A DNA stretch of 63,966 bases, counting the filler, from Basidiobolus ranarum (taxonomy: Eukaryota), in NCBI GenBank assembly GCA_040143965.1. It is 3 parts of 3 records of this genome, joined end to end, with 100 filler letters (N's around TTAATTAATTAA, not from the genome) between each part and the next. Parts side by side here need not be neighbours in the genome. Positions count along the whole stretch, not along the records: positions 45,398 to 63,966 come from JASJQH010007148.1; 2 more parts are not named here. One strand, 5' to 3'. The notes below the pieces were generated by a model. The model was not told where the DNA came from and ran no database searches. It was given only the letters and a program-made list of their open reading frames with translations. A program made the position numbers and the translations under genes. Shown piece after piece: positions 49,820 through 63,381 of this stretch; the first letter of the stretch is position 1; each line of letters starts with the position of its first letter.

Positions 49820-51441
49820 TCACTTTTTGAAGTCATAAACACATGAAAGATCCACTGCTTTGGTTCTACTGTGGGGATTGTAGTTTTCGTCTTTGATTGG
49901 ATAGAGAAGTACATTGAATCGAGGAGTGATTATAACAAGAGTATTTGTGGGAATTGTGATCCAGTCTGCTTGCTCAAAGGTAAGAGGTTCTAGGAGATTA
50001 ACGAGAGGTGGTGGCGATATTAATGACTATCGTTAGGGAGGAGAATCAGAAATACAATAGAGGCCTACCTGATGCTACCACCACTATATCCTCTCTTTTA
50101 TCGGCCTTGATCTGCAAATGACATTGCTTTAGTTTAGCTATCGAATGTCGTATAGAGGGGATGTACAACTTACCATGCGATAGTGGCCTGGTTTGTAAGA
50201 TTCAAAACGTGTTCCTATAGAATCAAGGTGATAAATTAATAAGACAGCAAAATCTTCGAGAAATATTGGCTTTACCTGAAGAGAAATACAACGACGCTGC
50301 TTCCTGAGTGGATGAACTAATATATCGAGTACAAATCACTGTTTTCCCATCTGTCACTGCAAAGTTCATCAAAGAGGGCTACCAGAATCACAAAATGTAA
50401 GGCGAAATATCATAATACGAACTGTATATTAAATAAAGACTACACACCTCGGTTATTCCAATTTCGCGCGTCCATTCATTAAGCAGGGAAATTGTTTGAA
50501 GCAAGGCTTCTTTCAATTCTTCCGGGGTATGACGCGGGCCTTTTGGATCTTCCAACTTTAAAAAATATTGAATGTGAATTCATCCTTTAGAACATTACTT
50601 TCCTACTGGTGCTAGTACCTGATTCAAAAACAGAGCAAACGCACATTCTGAGTCCGTAGTTCCTTGGACAAAAGTGAACAACTCATCCGAAAGAGTGGCC
50701 AGTAATTTCCTCCTTATCTGATATCAAAAGGTGAAATATATAAACTCGAGTAAGAAATTTGAATATCTTTAAAGATAATTATAAGACAAACATTATCAAA
50801 GCCTGACACGTTCCCATTATGCATCCACATCAAATTGCCATACTGCCAAGGATGGCCTACAAAAATATAAATAAACAAAATCTTTTGTATTGAAAAATTT
50901 CAAAAAAATTACAATTTGCTTCTGATGCTAAACCAGCAGTGGAGGCTCTAACGTGAGCAAATACCAAAGGACTTTTGATTTTCTCAGCTAAACGAGTCAA
51001 ATTAACATTGTTCCAAGCAGGCAGAGTCGAGGTGAATATACATGGACTTTCGTCACGTTCTGATTCATACCATCCTGTAATGAGGTGCAGGATGTTAACG
51101 GGATTTCACTTTTCGTAAAAATATCTCGGTTATAAAAGCACAAACCGACACCAAATCCGTCACCTAGATAAAATACAAGCACGTTAAGAGAGGGTGAATT
51201 ACTGGGTAACTATCTGTCCATATTTATACCGTTCAAAGGCCTTCTTGTATCCAGTCTTAACCGGGAATCATAAGATTGGTTAATTATTGAATGAGCTGGG
51301 CGAGTCAATAGCTTTAAAAGAATTAGCAAAAGACGTCTTGAAAGAATTGATATCGCCGTCAGTATTGTTATTTCATAGGATTTTACTCACATCAGCTATT
51401 AAGACTGGCGATTTCCCTTTGTAAAGCAAAAAGCGACACAT
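49820..51441 (-). CDS. DUG3: Class II (Ntn) glutamine amidotransferase, Dug3-like (glutathione degradation); many short exons, absent from the ORF track
   Basis: MCRFLLYKG (N-terminal nucleophile Cys), HSIINQSYDSRLRLD.RRPLNGDGFGVGWY, PAWNN.NL.RLAEKIKSPLVFAHVRAST, HPWQYG...MHNG, QGTTDSECAFALF, SLMNFAVTDG, ASEPL, NVLLYPI. Confidence 0.92.
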
Positions 51442-52091
51442 AATGCGTAATAGCTAACTAGCATTCACTTTGACTTCGTTTGAAGTATTCATCACAATTC
51501 CTCAAGTGTAATGGTAGAACTATTCGGTTCAAAAAAAAAATTACCATTTTTGGCAATTTCAAGGGGAATTGGGAGGGGTACAATTCAGTGTATATCAATA
51601 TGCATTCAGATTTTCTCCATGAAGTTATTGCTCGTTTTAAATGGATCTAGTTTAATACGGATAAACCCACTCTAATGATTACAGGAAATTTTCCAGATGC
51701 TTAGAGCATCAGTCCGTATGTTGACATGATCATTCCCTTGTGCGAATATGTACAAATCTCAAGATACAATTGTGTCATATTCTAGAGGGCTTTGACGCTA
51801 GACTCCAAAAAAGTAGTATGTATATTCCGGTTTTGTATGGCGCAGATATATTTTTGAATGTTTAATTAAAAATATAACCAATAATGAGTGTAAGAGTGAA
51901 TGCTATTGTATTCGTGCTCGGAGCTATAGGCAGCATTGAAAAATGGTTTATCATAAATATGATTCTTCAAAGGGAGCGAATGATATATCAAAAGGAGCGT
52001 AACATAAATGTGATGTATGTATCAGCTGTATATATACATCGAAAAGACACAGTATACACTCGAGCGTTGAAAAGGTGAAGGAATGAAGACG

Positions 52092-55000
52092 TTACTTTTG
52101 GAATGCTAATCCGTTGGCCGCTTCTATCTGTTTGAAAGGATTTGAAAATCCTTCCTCGGGAATAGTCACTAAGCCGGCTGATGTGTTTGTTGAGGAGGCT
52201 CCTAGACTGGGTAATGATGGCATACCCGCAAGAGAGCTAGTCGGTGAGCTATTGACCAACCCGGTAGCCAAGGCGGCAGACCATCGCTGGTCCATATTTA
52301 CATCTTTAATATCCTTTACCCAAGGGTGTTGTAATAGCTCCTGAGCAGTAGGACGACTTGAGGGAGATCTAGTGAAGCATTTCTTTAAGAAATCCATTCC
52401 CATCTCACTCAATTGTGATTGATCAGGGAGTGGGGGATGTCCAGTCACTACATGGTACATGACTGCCCATTCGTTGTCTAAATTAGACCACGGACGGCGA
52501 CCCGTTGTCATTTCAAGAATACAACACCCTAGTGACCAAATATCTTGTGAGCCTTGACGGCCGCGGTCACCGCCAGTAATAACTTCAGGGGCCATATACA
52601 TTGGTGTGCCGGTCAAGCTGTTTACCTTCATTTGCTGGTTATTTGTGGCACGACCCATGGTCTTCTGGTTTCTGGCGATAACTTTAGCGGCACCAAAGTC
52701 AACGAACTTAATTAGGCCATTGTGATCCAACAGTATATCTAGATAGACAAAGTGGTTAATCTTTTGAACAAAAATATTTGATCTAAACCTTAAATTAAGA
52801 CTTACTATCAGGTTTTACATCTCTATGGACAATACTGTTCTCATGAAGATATTCTAATCCGTGCAACATTTGTAATGTATAGACTTTCGCAACGTTCTCA
52901 TCTTCAATACGGCCGTGTTCAAGTAAGTCAGCAAGTGAACCGCCTTGACAATATTCCATGAAAATATAAACTTTATCACGATGCACTTCAAGACCAAAGT
53001 ATTTGACGATATTGGGATGATCAAGTCTCTCCATAATAGACATTTCCTCTTTGATAGATTTGTGTAGAGCTGTTAATGAAGAAGAGTCTGTGAATCGTAC
53101 TTCTTTGACTGCCATAAGATCACCACTATCTAAATTAATTGCAAGATAGACAGAACCAAATGTACCACCACCGATGAATTTTCCCTGTTGCCAACGTAAT
53201 GAGATATTACTTGAAGAGGAAGCAAGAAATACCAGACTAAGGTCTTCTGGTCGATTATCACTTAACACTTTTCCAATAAGTCTACCATCTTGTTCTTTCG
53301 TGGTGCGATGCTCATCTAGCTCGTTCAATTTACGCATCCATTCGTCGCGGACAGCAATCAAGGAGCTATCACTGGCAAAAGTGCTAAATACTGTCATTTG
53401 TAGGCGTTTGGTGAGATCGTCCATGGCAGCATTCATATTACTTTGCTTCTCTTGCTCAGCTTGGTGTACTGCCTCATGCGCACTCCTAGCACCCGCGATA
53501 TCTACATGGGAAACCAGCAAGGTCATACATATCGCTACTTTACTTTGAAGGAGCTCGAACTCTTCCTCACTAAGCAATAAAATATTGTTGGCTCTTGTCA
53601 TCTGCATGACGAATTCTAGAGCAATTACCGCCCAGCGAAAGGTTTTTTTTTCTGTAGGTACACAATCCAGGACGACAAAATTCACCCAGTCGATTGCTAA
53701 ACGAATCATTGGTAAATTTAGTTGCGATCTAGCGCCAGTCTCCACAAATTTCAGTGCACGTTGTCCGAAATCAGAGGCAAAGGAGAAGCAATTTTCAATT
53801 AAATCTACTGAAGGTGCATGCTTAGTGGATTCGCGAATAACGTTGACATTAAAAAGTATCGTCTCCGCTAGTTTGAAGACGGTTTTCTTAATTTTGTTTT
53901 GCTCTTTGTGTACTTTGGGGATATGTGATTTTTGATTATGGATAATGTTGATACCAATTCCTTTCGTTCTATTCGAAAATACTCTTTTGCTATCAGCAAG
54001 ACTGCTAGAGCTTTCTGAAATAAGCCGAATACGGTTTACGCCGAGGTTGATGTTCATATGATCAATATCAATTTGAATAATCTGGCCATGCCACACAAGC
54101 TCCCGTTTTCCAGGGTTGATCACTAGCAAGTAGTTCTCTTTCCCAATAATATTTTCATTGTCTCTGGCAATAGAGGTCCCCATCAGTCTTCGCACCGAAT
54201 CTGGCTTGTGGCATAGGCTTGAGTCGATCAAAATATAAAGTCCATCTCTCTCAAAAGATCCAGTATAGGCTAACACGTGACCAGAGGCACTAAGAGTTCC
54301 AAGCACGAGATCAAGACTACTAGGCTCAAAGATGTATTCTGATGCACTTTCATACTGATTGCTGAGTAGTTTGGAAAAGCGTAATAACTTTCTAACACCC
54401 ATGCGTACATTTTCCAGTACTCGGTTATACCATTTAATCAGACCGGCTACTGGCATTTCTGGTGGCACTCGCATTTGAGATTCAAAATAGAGTAGAACAC
54501 GACATAGTAATCGATTGGTAAGCGAACAAAACTGTTCAGCAGTTTCCCACTCTCCACCATCAATATACAACGAAATTTCACTTAAGAAATTCCACTCACT
54601 CTCCAGAATCTCAGCTTCTTTGAAATAAACAGCTTTACTGCCACCCTTCAGCCTCCAATGTAGCAATTTAAAATAATACTTCAAACTATCGAAAAGAGCT
54701 GAATCATACCGTTCGTCGATACAATTAGGTACCTCCCAACCGGGGGCCGCTTTAGTCAATTCTTGATATTCATGCTTGATTCGGCACGCCAATGATAAAG
54801 AAACCCTAAAATCTTCTGTCATTTGATCCAGCATCAGGGTGGTTGGATCAGTGATACGTTCTGCATATTCTAGACGTAACCTCAAACATTCTTCCATTAA
54901 GCTGGTAGGGAATCTCACCAATTGTTGAAGTTCATTTGTATATGAAGGCAAGCTCATCTGGGAGTAGGCTGACGCATTTTCAATCATGTTCACTTTAGCC

Positions 55001-56431
55001 TTGGATAAAAGAGAATTAAGAGTGGAGAGTGTACGTTTCTCAAAAGTTCGCTGCAGACCGTTTTCTTTTAAAATACGTTCAATAAAAGACGGCTCATCAG
55101 GATTCGCCGGCGTATCCTTGGGTCCGGCAACTTGCAAACTATCGCTACCAGTCCAATTCTTAAGAATCTTTAATTGCATTTGAATACTCATAGTAACGGT
55201 GCACCACGAAGTTAATGCATCTAGATTAAATTGAAATTCCTGAGATGCATACAAAGGTTTATCATCCATGATAGCTTTACGAGTTGGATAAAGACTTTCA
55301 ATTTGATCCACTTTTTGTAGAATTTCTGCCACTTGTTCAATGACTGGAACTGATTCGTTTTCTATATGGAAACTTATCACTTCCTGTAACACCCCGTCAA
55401 TTTGAGAGCGAGCCTCTTCCAAGAATCTTTTCTCGTGGGAGACACTTGTTTGCCTCAGCAAAGCTCGTATTCCCAGCCAATTCTGGTAACTTAGTACAGC
55501 CTTTTGTTGTTTAGATTTCAAGGAATCTGATATACGCATTTTCTCGGATTTGATTACTTCTCCAGTTAATACCGAAGCCAGCATACCACGCCATTCCAAC
55601 CTTTCTCTGTGGATTTCCTGCGCTTCCGTATCATGAATCAATTCGGAACTTTCGAATTCCAGACTGGGAGTAGCCATAAACGATTTTTCTTCATAGTCGT
55701 CAATCTCTGCGTCATCGGAATCAGAGTCTACAGAGTTAATACGATCGAACTTCTGTGATCCAAAGTAAGGTCCATTTGGGTCTTCGCCATGGCTTTTGAT
55801 GTGGCCATTGGGTCCATGTCCATCACCTCTTGGTATCTCGTATTCATATGTATGACGACCCTGTAAATCGCTAGCAGTCGTAGACCAACTACTATTTGAG
55901 TTAAGATTAGGGCGAACAGGCTCTTCAGGTCCGGTAGTAGCAGATATCTCGCTAGCGTTGATATGTACAATGTTAAGTGATCACAGTAGTATCAGGATTT
56001 GTTCACCAGATAAATTACATACCGAGTTAAATCAAACATATCAGGATTGACTAGAAACCCCTGTTGTACAGAACTCCATACGAAACCCTCATCTACGATT
56101 GGTATATTGAACGTCAACAGTTCTGCCAGAATATCTCTCATTGCTTCCAAAACATGAGGTGTGGTTAAAACGTATGATGTCTAAAAACCAATAAAATTTA
56201 AGTCACAGGAACTTTGACATTAACTGAATGTTGTTTAACCCTATGTAAGAAATCATATCTCATTGGGTTACTTGAAAAATTGGCTTCAAACGTTACCTTC
56301 GTTGGCATGAAAGCATCTAGAATAACAGAGCCACCATGACTCACAATGGTATCGTGGAGTTGTTGGTATCGAACATCGTCAAATCCAGCGATGTAAAAGC
56401 TCTTACCAAGAAAGAGTTTTTCATACGTCAT
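52092..56431 (-). CDS. SSK2: Stress MAPKKK, Ssk2/Wis4/Win1-like, with predicted N-terminal BRCT-like domain (exons 56431-56297, 56180-56023, 55951-52805, 52739-52092)
   Basis: RERLEWRGMLASVLTGEVIKSEK (Ssk2-family regulatory region) and the kinase motifs WQQGKFIGGGTFGSVY, HRDVKPDN, DFGAAK, GTPMYMAPE, NEWAVMY. The upstream exons splice in frame through GT-AG introns. Confidence 0.9.
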
Positions 56432-58218
56432 ATTGATATCCACTCAAGGATGTGTACGATGAAAAATAGCTCTAAAACAATATGAGAAAGTTGGGATCGG
56501 AAATATACTGCCAACGCAGACTAGGGTAGCCTCAATTTAATGTAAATGTACAGAAATATTAAAGAGCAAATGCCGTCAGAATAGATGGAAAAAGAACAGA
56601 ATTGTGCACCAAGCTTTCAACTGACAGAGGGTTGAGAACAAATGGACACGTTGTTGCTTTATCGGTAGATATGTATTTGCTGTGGAAAGCAATGTCACTA
56701 TGTTGATCAACAATATATAGATATGAATAAAAACCAATAATAATAGTAACTGTAATGGGGGAAAGATGCAAGATTGGTTAGTACAACGATGAAACTGGAT
56801 ATCCATTTTATAATAGTACCTATATTACAAGCGTAGTGCGATAAGTCAGCTGAGAACAACCTAGTGACGTTGATCATAGTTGAAGTAGAGATCACATACT
56901 GAGTCAACTGAATCATAAAAGCTATTGAGCATACACGGATGGCTCCTGTTTGAACTGCGAGCCATATGAATCTCCAAAGACTTAACTAATGCCTGAAAGG
57001 GAACCCGATATTGCATGAATTAGTCATCAATTGCTTTCTTCATAAATCACCTACTGCTTTGCATGAAGACTTCACCAATTACTTCCAGTGCCTAAGATCA
57101 TGTGATTCTACCAACTGGTGATTGATTGGCTGATCTAATTTTAGGGCGTACTCCAAATTGGCTAGTAGCTTTAGACGACACTTATGCTAACCTTCCGATC
57201 TCATGATTAAATAACTATATCTGCGAAAGCGAACAAGGATATGGAGTTTGAATTTTCTTTCCAAGTGACATCATCGCCTCCACCACTGTCGGGACTATCA
57301 TTAATTACCTAGTGGATCGGAATATCAAGATTTTGGCAAGGGATCGATGCATGACGATGATCTTGTGATATCATGTAAGCTAGAGTTCATTTCTGCGTAT
57401 AGCATATGAACCTGGCTTTTATTGACCTACTCATTATTTTCAGACACATACATCCAATATGTGTCGCAAATTTAATGACATCAGGAAACGTTGCGGCGTA
57501 TTCAACAACTACCAGAATGATGCTATTTCATAGTCAATCGTCATGTTCGTTTAGTTGTATATTCCTCTATCACAGGCAACGGTCAGCTCGAAATCAGTTG
57601 TTCTTCTACATGTTATAGATTAGAAATGGATTCTAGACCTTTTTCTTTAACTTCAGCCGTCATGTGTATTATCCCTCGGTTTACAACATCGATATCTTTC
57701 ATGTTGTAAATTAGTTTTCAATTTAATGTGTGCTCCTGGTCTCTGGGCCATATTTATACCAAAAAATGGCATGCCACTATTGATGGTTTTTTTGGTTAAT
57801 AGCGCAAGCGACATGACATCAATTTACTAGTATACTTAGCTGTGTATCTGTACATTCCTAACACCAGCAACTGGCAATCAACCTGATGATTGCAGATCCT
57901 ACAAAATGTTGGATGGCTGGTTTGTTTACTGGGTGATTCACAAACTTCATCTGATCTTGAATGCCTTGCTCATATAAAAGGAAAGTTGAATTGTGACAGT
58001 GTACTACTTTATATGAATTAGTGGGCAACAAGGTCAAACCACAAATATCTCGAAAGGTATATGAATAGTTCCGGAAATTCAGGTTTACAACTTAACACTA
58101 ACAGTAGTTTATATGTTGGGATGGAGTATTGAGCTATATATCATGACTTATACCTAGCCTGCTTTAGGCGTAGCAATATATGGATTGGCTTTGAGCATTG
58201 TATATTTATGAATAGTTT

Positions 58219-59322
58219 TTACCTATCTCTTCCACCTCTCCCCTTACCTCTGATGTATTTCGGTTTACCATTTTGTGTAGCTTGTTTTAGACCATAAGGA
58301 TCAAATCTACTGCGTTGCTTACAACGTTTCCCCATTCTATCTCTGCGCAAACTTTCCCCCGGAAACGAGTCCACTTTAGAGGTGTTAACATGCCATTCAA
58401 TTTCTTCGCTATCTGAGGATTCTTCAACCACTTGCTCGACAGAACTATTTATCATGTCGACATCTGATGTAAATTCTTCGTCCGACATATTACTCAGTAT
58501 CTCTCCAAGTATATCCTCATTTTCAAAGGACTCATTTAGTATGTCTTCTTTCGTGAACGGACAATCAATCTCGTGCATAATTGTGTCGTTCAATAGTTGT
58601 AAATGGGGTGAAATGGAACCAGAACTAGATTCATGCGAAATTTTATCGAAAATGTGTAATGCAGGACTTAATGAAATATAGGAAGATAGAGGTGAAGGTG
58701 AAGGTGAACCATTGCTTGATAGATGGTCTGAGGGCAAATCAAATATAGAGTTCACTGATGGAACTACTTCTGAGCCATCTGCAAGTAGTTGAACCTCTTG
58801 AGGACCTTTGTTTTCACTTAATAAAGTAGTAACATGAGAATAAGTACTTATTTCTTGCAACTCCTCTTCGTACAACTCACTAGGTGATAAAGGTAGAATC
58901 TTTGAAAAATGTTCATATTTAATACCAAAATTTTCATCAAACCCCTCTTCCTCGGTTTCTTCTTCAGTCTCTTCTTTCACATTTTCGTGAAAGTTGATTT
59001 TTTCTCTTAGACTTAAGATATTTTTCAGGCTTTTTCCAGAGTGTTTTCCAGGTATCTCTAACTCACTCTCCTCCAATTCCGAACTAAAAGGAGACATAGA
59101 AGGGGAAATTCTCCGTCCGTTGCAAGGTAAGCCTTTTCCACTCTGGCGAAATCTGTCAAGAGAACTTTCTGGAATTGTAACTTCGAGATCAGTATCCTCA
59201 CCAAGTGGTGAAATTTCACTCTCTGAACTGGAATCGAAGTATGTATATGAGCTAGGGTTCAGTCCCGGTAAAGGAAGGCGCTTTCCGGCTGTTGCCATAT
59301 GAATTGAGGTTTCGTGTGGCAT
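58219..59322 (-). CDS. Hypothetical intronless acidic S/E-rich protein with a basic C-terminal tail
   Basis: 367-aa ORF, low complexity, ending KRCKQRSRFDPY...RGKGRGGRDR. Confidence 0.6.
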   Translation of the reverse strand: MPHETSIHMATAGKRLPLPGLNPSSYTYFDSSSESEISPLGEDTDLEVTIPESSLDRFRQSGKGLPCNGRRISPSMSPFSSELEESELEIPGKHSGKSLKNILSLREKINFHENVKEETEEETEEEGFDENFGIKYEHFSKILPLSPSELYEEELQEISTYSHVTTLLSENKGPQEVQLLADGSEVVPSVNSIFDLPSDHLSSNGSPSPSPLSSYISLSPALHIFDKISHESSSGSISPHLQLLNDTIMHEIDCPFTKEDILNESFENEDILGEILSNMSDEEFTSDVDMINSSVEQVVEESSDSEEIEWHVNTSKVDSFPGESLRRDRMGKRCKQRSRFDPYGLKQATQNGKPKYIRGKGRGGRDR

Positions 59323-61049
59323 GTTGAAGAGGCTTATTACACCAATACAGTACCCAGACTAGTAGAGTGAAGTATTCAATAGGTTTCTCACAAATAACTG
59401 GGTTATTACTATTATGAGTCTTGCTGTTTTTTAGGGAACCTCAATGAAGTCGCACTGAGGCTTAATGGTCAATAAAGTTGATGGAGTTGGATGTATTCAG
59501 TAACCAATACTCTATGACCAAGGTGTCATAAAATCTCAAGTTAGATCTACAGTGGGTAAGAGATGTTACCATATGCTTAATGGGTTTATTAACGTGACGT
59601 GCTGTAGACTGTTGAACATCTAGTCAGATCTAAGAAACGAGCGTAAAACAAGGCCAATCAATGCGCTATCTGATTGACAGAAATAGCATATTAAAAAGAT
59701 ACCTTCACATTCCGAGGGCTGCCTCTTCACCCATTGGTGATAAGTCTAGCCTATACTCCCAAATAGGCAGGTTCACAAAAGAAGCACAAAGACCATACTT
59801 AGTTGATCAAAATGATCAGCCCTGCAATTGCGGTATTTGGAAGGGGAAAGACATGTGAATGAAGATAATCATATAAAACCATTCCACACCCTTGCATTAG
59901 GACATTGACAAGATACAATACCTGGACGGAATTTTACAGTAGCTTTCATGATGGAGAGCAGATCATGCAAATGTTTTGCTACTACGATTTGGTCTAACTT
60001 CGAGATCATTCTTTTCCAGTGATTTCAAGGGAAATTAACTGTCTCAAGTATAGATGGTTTGATCGACTCTACATTCCTAATCTAACTTAGCTTGAACTCG
60101 CGAATGGACGAGGATTTCTGTAGATCTGATACGACAACAACTCTGCTGAACATCCACTCCTGGTTCTTCGACACACATGCTCCAGAATCCCTCAATGAAC
60201 ATATGATTATCGGTAATGGCACAAAGAAACCTCAGGTCGACAAATTCCCTGCATATTATCTACCAACCGAGACACATTCTTTTATGTATTTTCACCAATA
60301 ACAAAGTATCCAAACTAGAACATACACAAAGGGTAGTAGATATTGGTTTCAGTATTTACTCTAGATGCTCATTGTATCCGCTATGATGTCATACATTCTT
60401 CCATAGTGTGCCTACGAAAGAATGGGTTATAGCTCAGACACAGTAAGCCTTAATACTTAACTAAACAAGAACTGAAGTACGGGTAAGCTCGAGCTAATGG
60501 ATAAGATACATATATTTTTCAACAGACCCACTGAAACAGAAGCTATAACAAACTGTATTACTAGTTTGATAGGTACATTGCACTTACTGGTTTACCACCT
60601 CATACGTAGGCTTGATTTAGATAATACCTTATGAAATGGGAAAATCACAGGAGTAATACAGTTTCCATCTCAAGGAATTGGTACCGTACAAAGTAGACAA
60701 TCTTATGGACTTTGTACTAAACACCTACCAAAGAAGCCGATATTTACGCAGCGGCATCCAGAAACTTTTAGTAGTTAATGCCGGATAAAAGACATCTTCA
60801 AATATATTCCTTTCATTTGTAAGGAGAATATTGAAATTCCTAGCTCTACTATCTCGATCTCCATCGAATGGATAGAAGTGCAAAAACAACCTACCGCAAT
60901 CATAACATTACTAGGATATAGGGCTCAAGGTTGCTGTGCAAGGAACTGATAAAACATCATTGCATTGGCTATGCTAGGCCATAGTAATTCCGATATTTGA
61001 CCTAAATGCAATGGCTGCTTTGTTATTGACAATGCTTCAGAGCACCAGT

Positions 61050-62100
61050 ACATGGGCATTAACCAAATACATTTATGGCTTATTGTCCAGCCATGAGTGG
61101 TTGCTCACGATTAAGAATCAACATCGCTTATGTTTGTACTGAAAGCTGGGTCTATTGCACTAATTTGACTAGAACCTATTGTTTTGCTGGAAGGAGCCAC
61201 GTGTATAGATGAGCCAGTTGACAAAACTGCCATGGCTTGAGTTTCTATGGTAATTAACATTGAACATGTACGTCCTATTGTATCTGCGTCTCGTGCCCTT
61301 ATGGTCAATGAGGTGGATTAATATAGATTGAATTGGGCTCAAAATAGAAATATTAGATGTAGGAAGTAGGACCGAGTGTCTAAATAAGTCTTTGAGATAG
61401 TGACAACTGGGAGTGCACAATGTCTGTCCTAATCAAACAGCGCCCTGTTGTACTTCACGGTTCACCACGTTTTTGGTGATTACTATTACATTGATCCGTA
61501 CCTTTACAAAGAGCCTTGTATTGAGCGTATATTCAAGCTCACATTGCATACTAAGCTCATCGTTGTGTACAAGAGCAATATATATGATCACTGTGATTTC
61601 TTATTGCTTAGCAACACTTCAGTTTGAGTTGACAGAGATGTGTTGACATGTGAAGTACAAGTATATTTGTGGCATACCATCACATAGTGAACAGGACGTA
61701 GTGAATCAAATCACCAACTGAGCGTCTACGTGTCAAGATTTGAACCGATCGATGAGGAATTGCTAATGAAGTTTTGTTGATTTTGCTGACAGGCATGGTG
61801 CAGATATATCTGGAATATCTTAGAGCTAGGTTGATACATAGCCATTACAGAATGGCTATACTGCATTTTAGCATGCTCATTGCATGTCAGATATTGGCTT
61901 GCCATCATTTAGATGTATAGATCACATCATCTCTGTTGCTCCTGCATTGTCTATTACCACCAGGTATTTAGGAAAGTCTAGACTTTGTGAATTCAAATCA
62001 GTGCTTGGATCCATTAATTTTCTGATAGCATCATCAAGACCATTCAAGCTGCAAACTACGGTAATTACCACTTGTAAGATATTCGGAATATTCTAACATC
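61050..62100 (+). mobile_element. Possible highly degenerate Ty1/copia reverse-transcriptase relic
   Basis: Ordered faint motifs: IKQRPVV.HG (~KARLVAxG, 61432), LATLQFELTEMC*HVK (~LELHQMDVK, ~61610), EFKSVLGSINFLIASSRP (~YxSxVGSLxYLxxxTRPD, 61989). Many stops and frameshifts. Confidence 0.3.
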
Positions 62101-62299
62101 AGCATCTAAATTAAGATGGATAATTTTCGACAAATGGGGTGCGGGAATGTCTGCTGGTATCTAGTCTGGTCAAGATGCCTACTTCCATAGACTCTTCTGT
62201 ACTGCGCCGATCCCCCTAATCATAGTTTAAAGACTGAGCATTGCGGAAATGAGAGGTGAACGGATCCTTAACCTACAGACAACATACGAAGTATACGTA

Positions 62300-62830
62300 T
62301 CAACTTGTGTTTCGGCAGATCTCCAAGGTTCTCAGTTTCCAGAACACCTGCCTACAGACTGGGCATCGGGCACCTGATCCCCAATCTTGCGACAAGTGGC
62401 AAGCATCTAAGAATCGTCGCTGAAAACCTGCCATACAGTGAATGGATCAAAGATCGGGTGGGCTGCGACACTAAATTGGTTTCACTTTATGCAATACCGA
62501 TTGGATCCTTGGCACGTGATTCGTCTGTCCTTGAATACTTGGTACGAAAAAGGAACAGAATCATTACTGCTTATGGGATCAACGTCGGAGGGACATTCTT
62601 GAATCATCAATGAGCATTTAACAATTGTTTAAACAGAAATCCAGGGTTACAATCCCACAGTACTGCAAGCAATTGGTTCTCTTCAGTATGCGAAGTCATC
62701 TGATGGTCAGTGGTGTGGCAGATCAGCTCCCTTTCATCAATGTGATATATTAAACATAATTCCCATATTATTGTCCAATAATGCCAAGAATTAGTTGGGT
62801 AACCATGGTAGCTTGTACCGTGCAACGCTT
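62300..62830 (-). mobile_element. Possible degenerate Ty3/gypsy integrase relic
   Basis: HTTDHQMTSHTEENQLL resembles the integrase motif TAYHPQTDGQTERxNQ. Weak chromo-like WQVFSDDS downstream. Confidence 0.2.
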
Positions 62831-63381
62831 GAGGTATGCCAATATGTAGAGTGTGGTAGAAGAAGGCTCTTAATCTGAGCGCAGTGTGTGCGAAGGTTGT
62901 AAAAGATTTTACGTCTGACGGACATGCTTCAACCTCTGTGAATACACTTGGATGGCATTCGAGTTATTTGGGTTCTACAACTCTGGTGCAAGTGTTGCGT
63001 TGAGTGGGTAATGAGCACAAGCTCAACACTTATTGTTTAATTACAAGATTAATAGAATCTGTTTGAGAGTTGAACAATGGGGGTTGGGGAGGGGCTATGA
63101 TATTAGTACTGCAAGTAAGTTTTGTTTAGCCGGGTATCATCCTTTATTTGGCTCATTGATTTCTTACTAATATTTCTATAGGTGGATCAGTCTGATAACG
63201 AATACTTGACGCCACGATCTGGGTAACAAAAGACTATTTAAATTAAGCCCAGGTTCAAAATTCAGTTGCTTGATCTATCATACCATAGCTATTAGACCTT
63301 TGGTCCTTCTTTTCACCTGGTTTAAATATTCTTTCCCTTACATCATAGAAAGACATACGAAGTTGGGTTAGTTGATAGATA

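Noticed and set aside
53174-55183. Plus-strand ORFs overlapping SSK2 (and similar antisense ORFs over the serpin, TFG1 and the 58219 gene)
   Set aside because: Shadow ORFs on the opposite strand of real coding exons, with no recognisable motifs.
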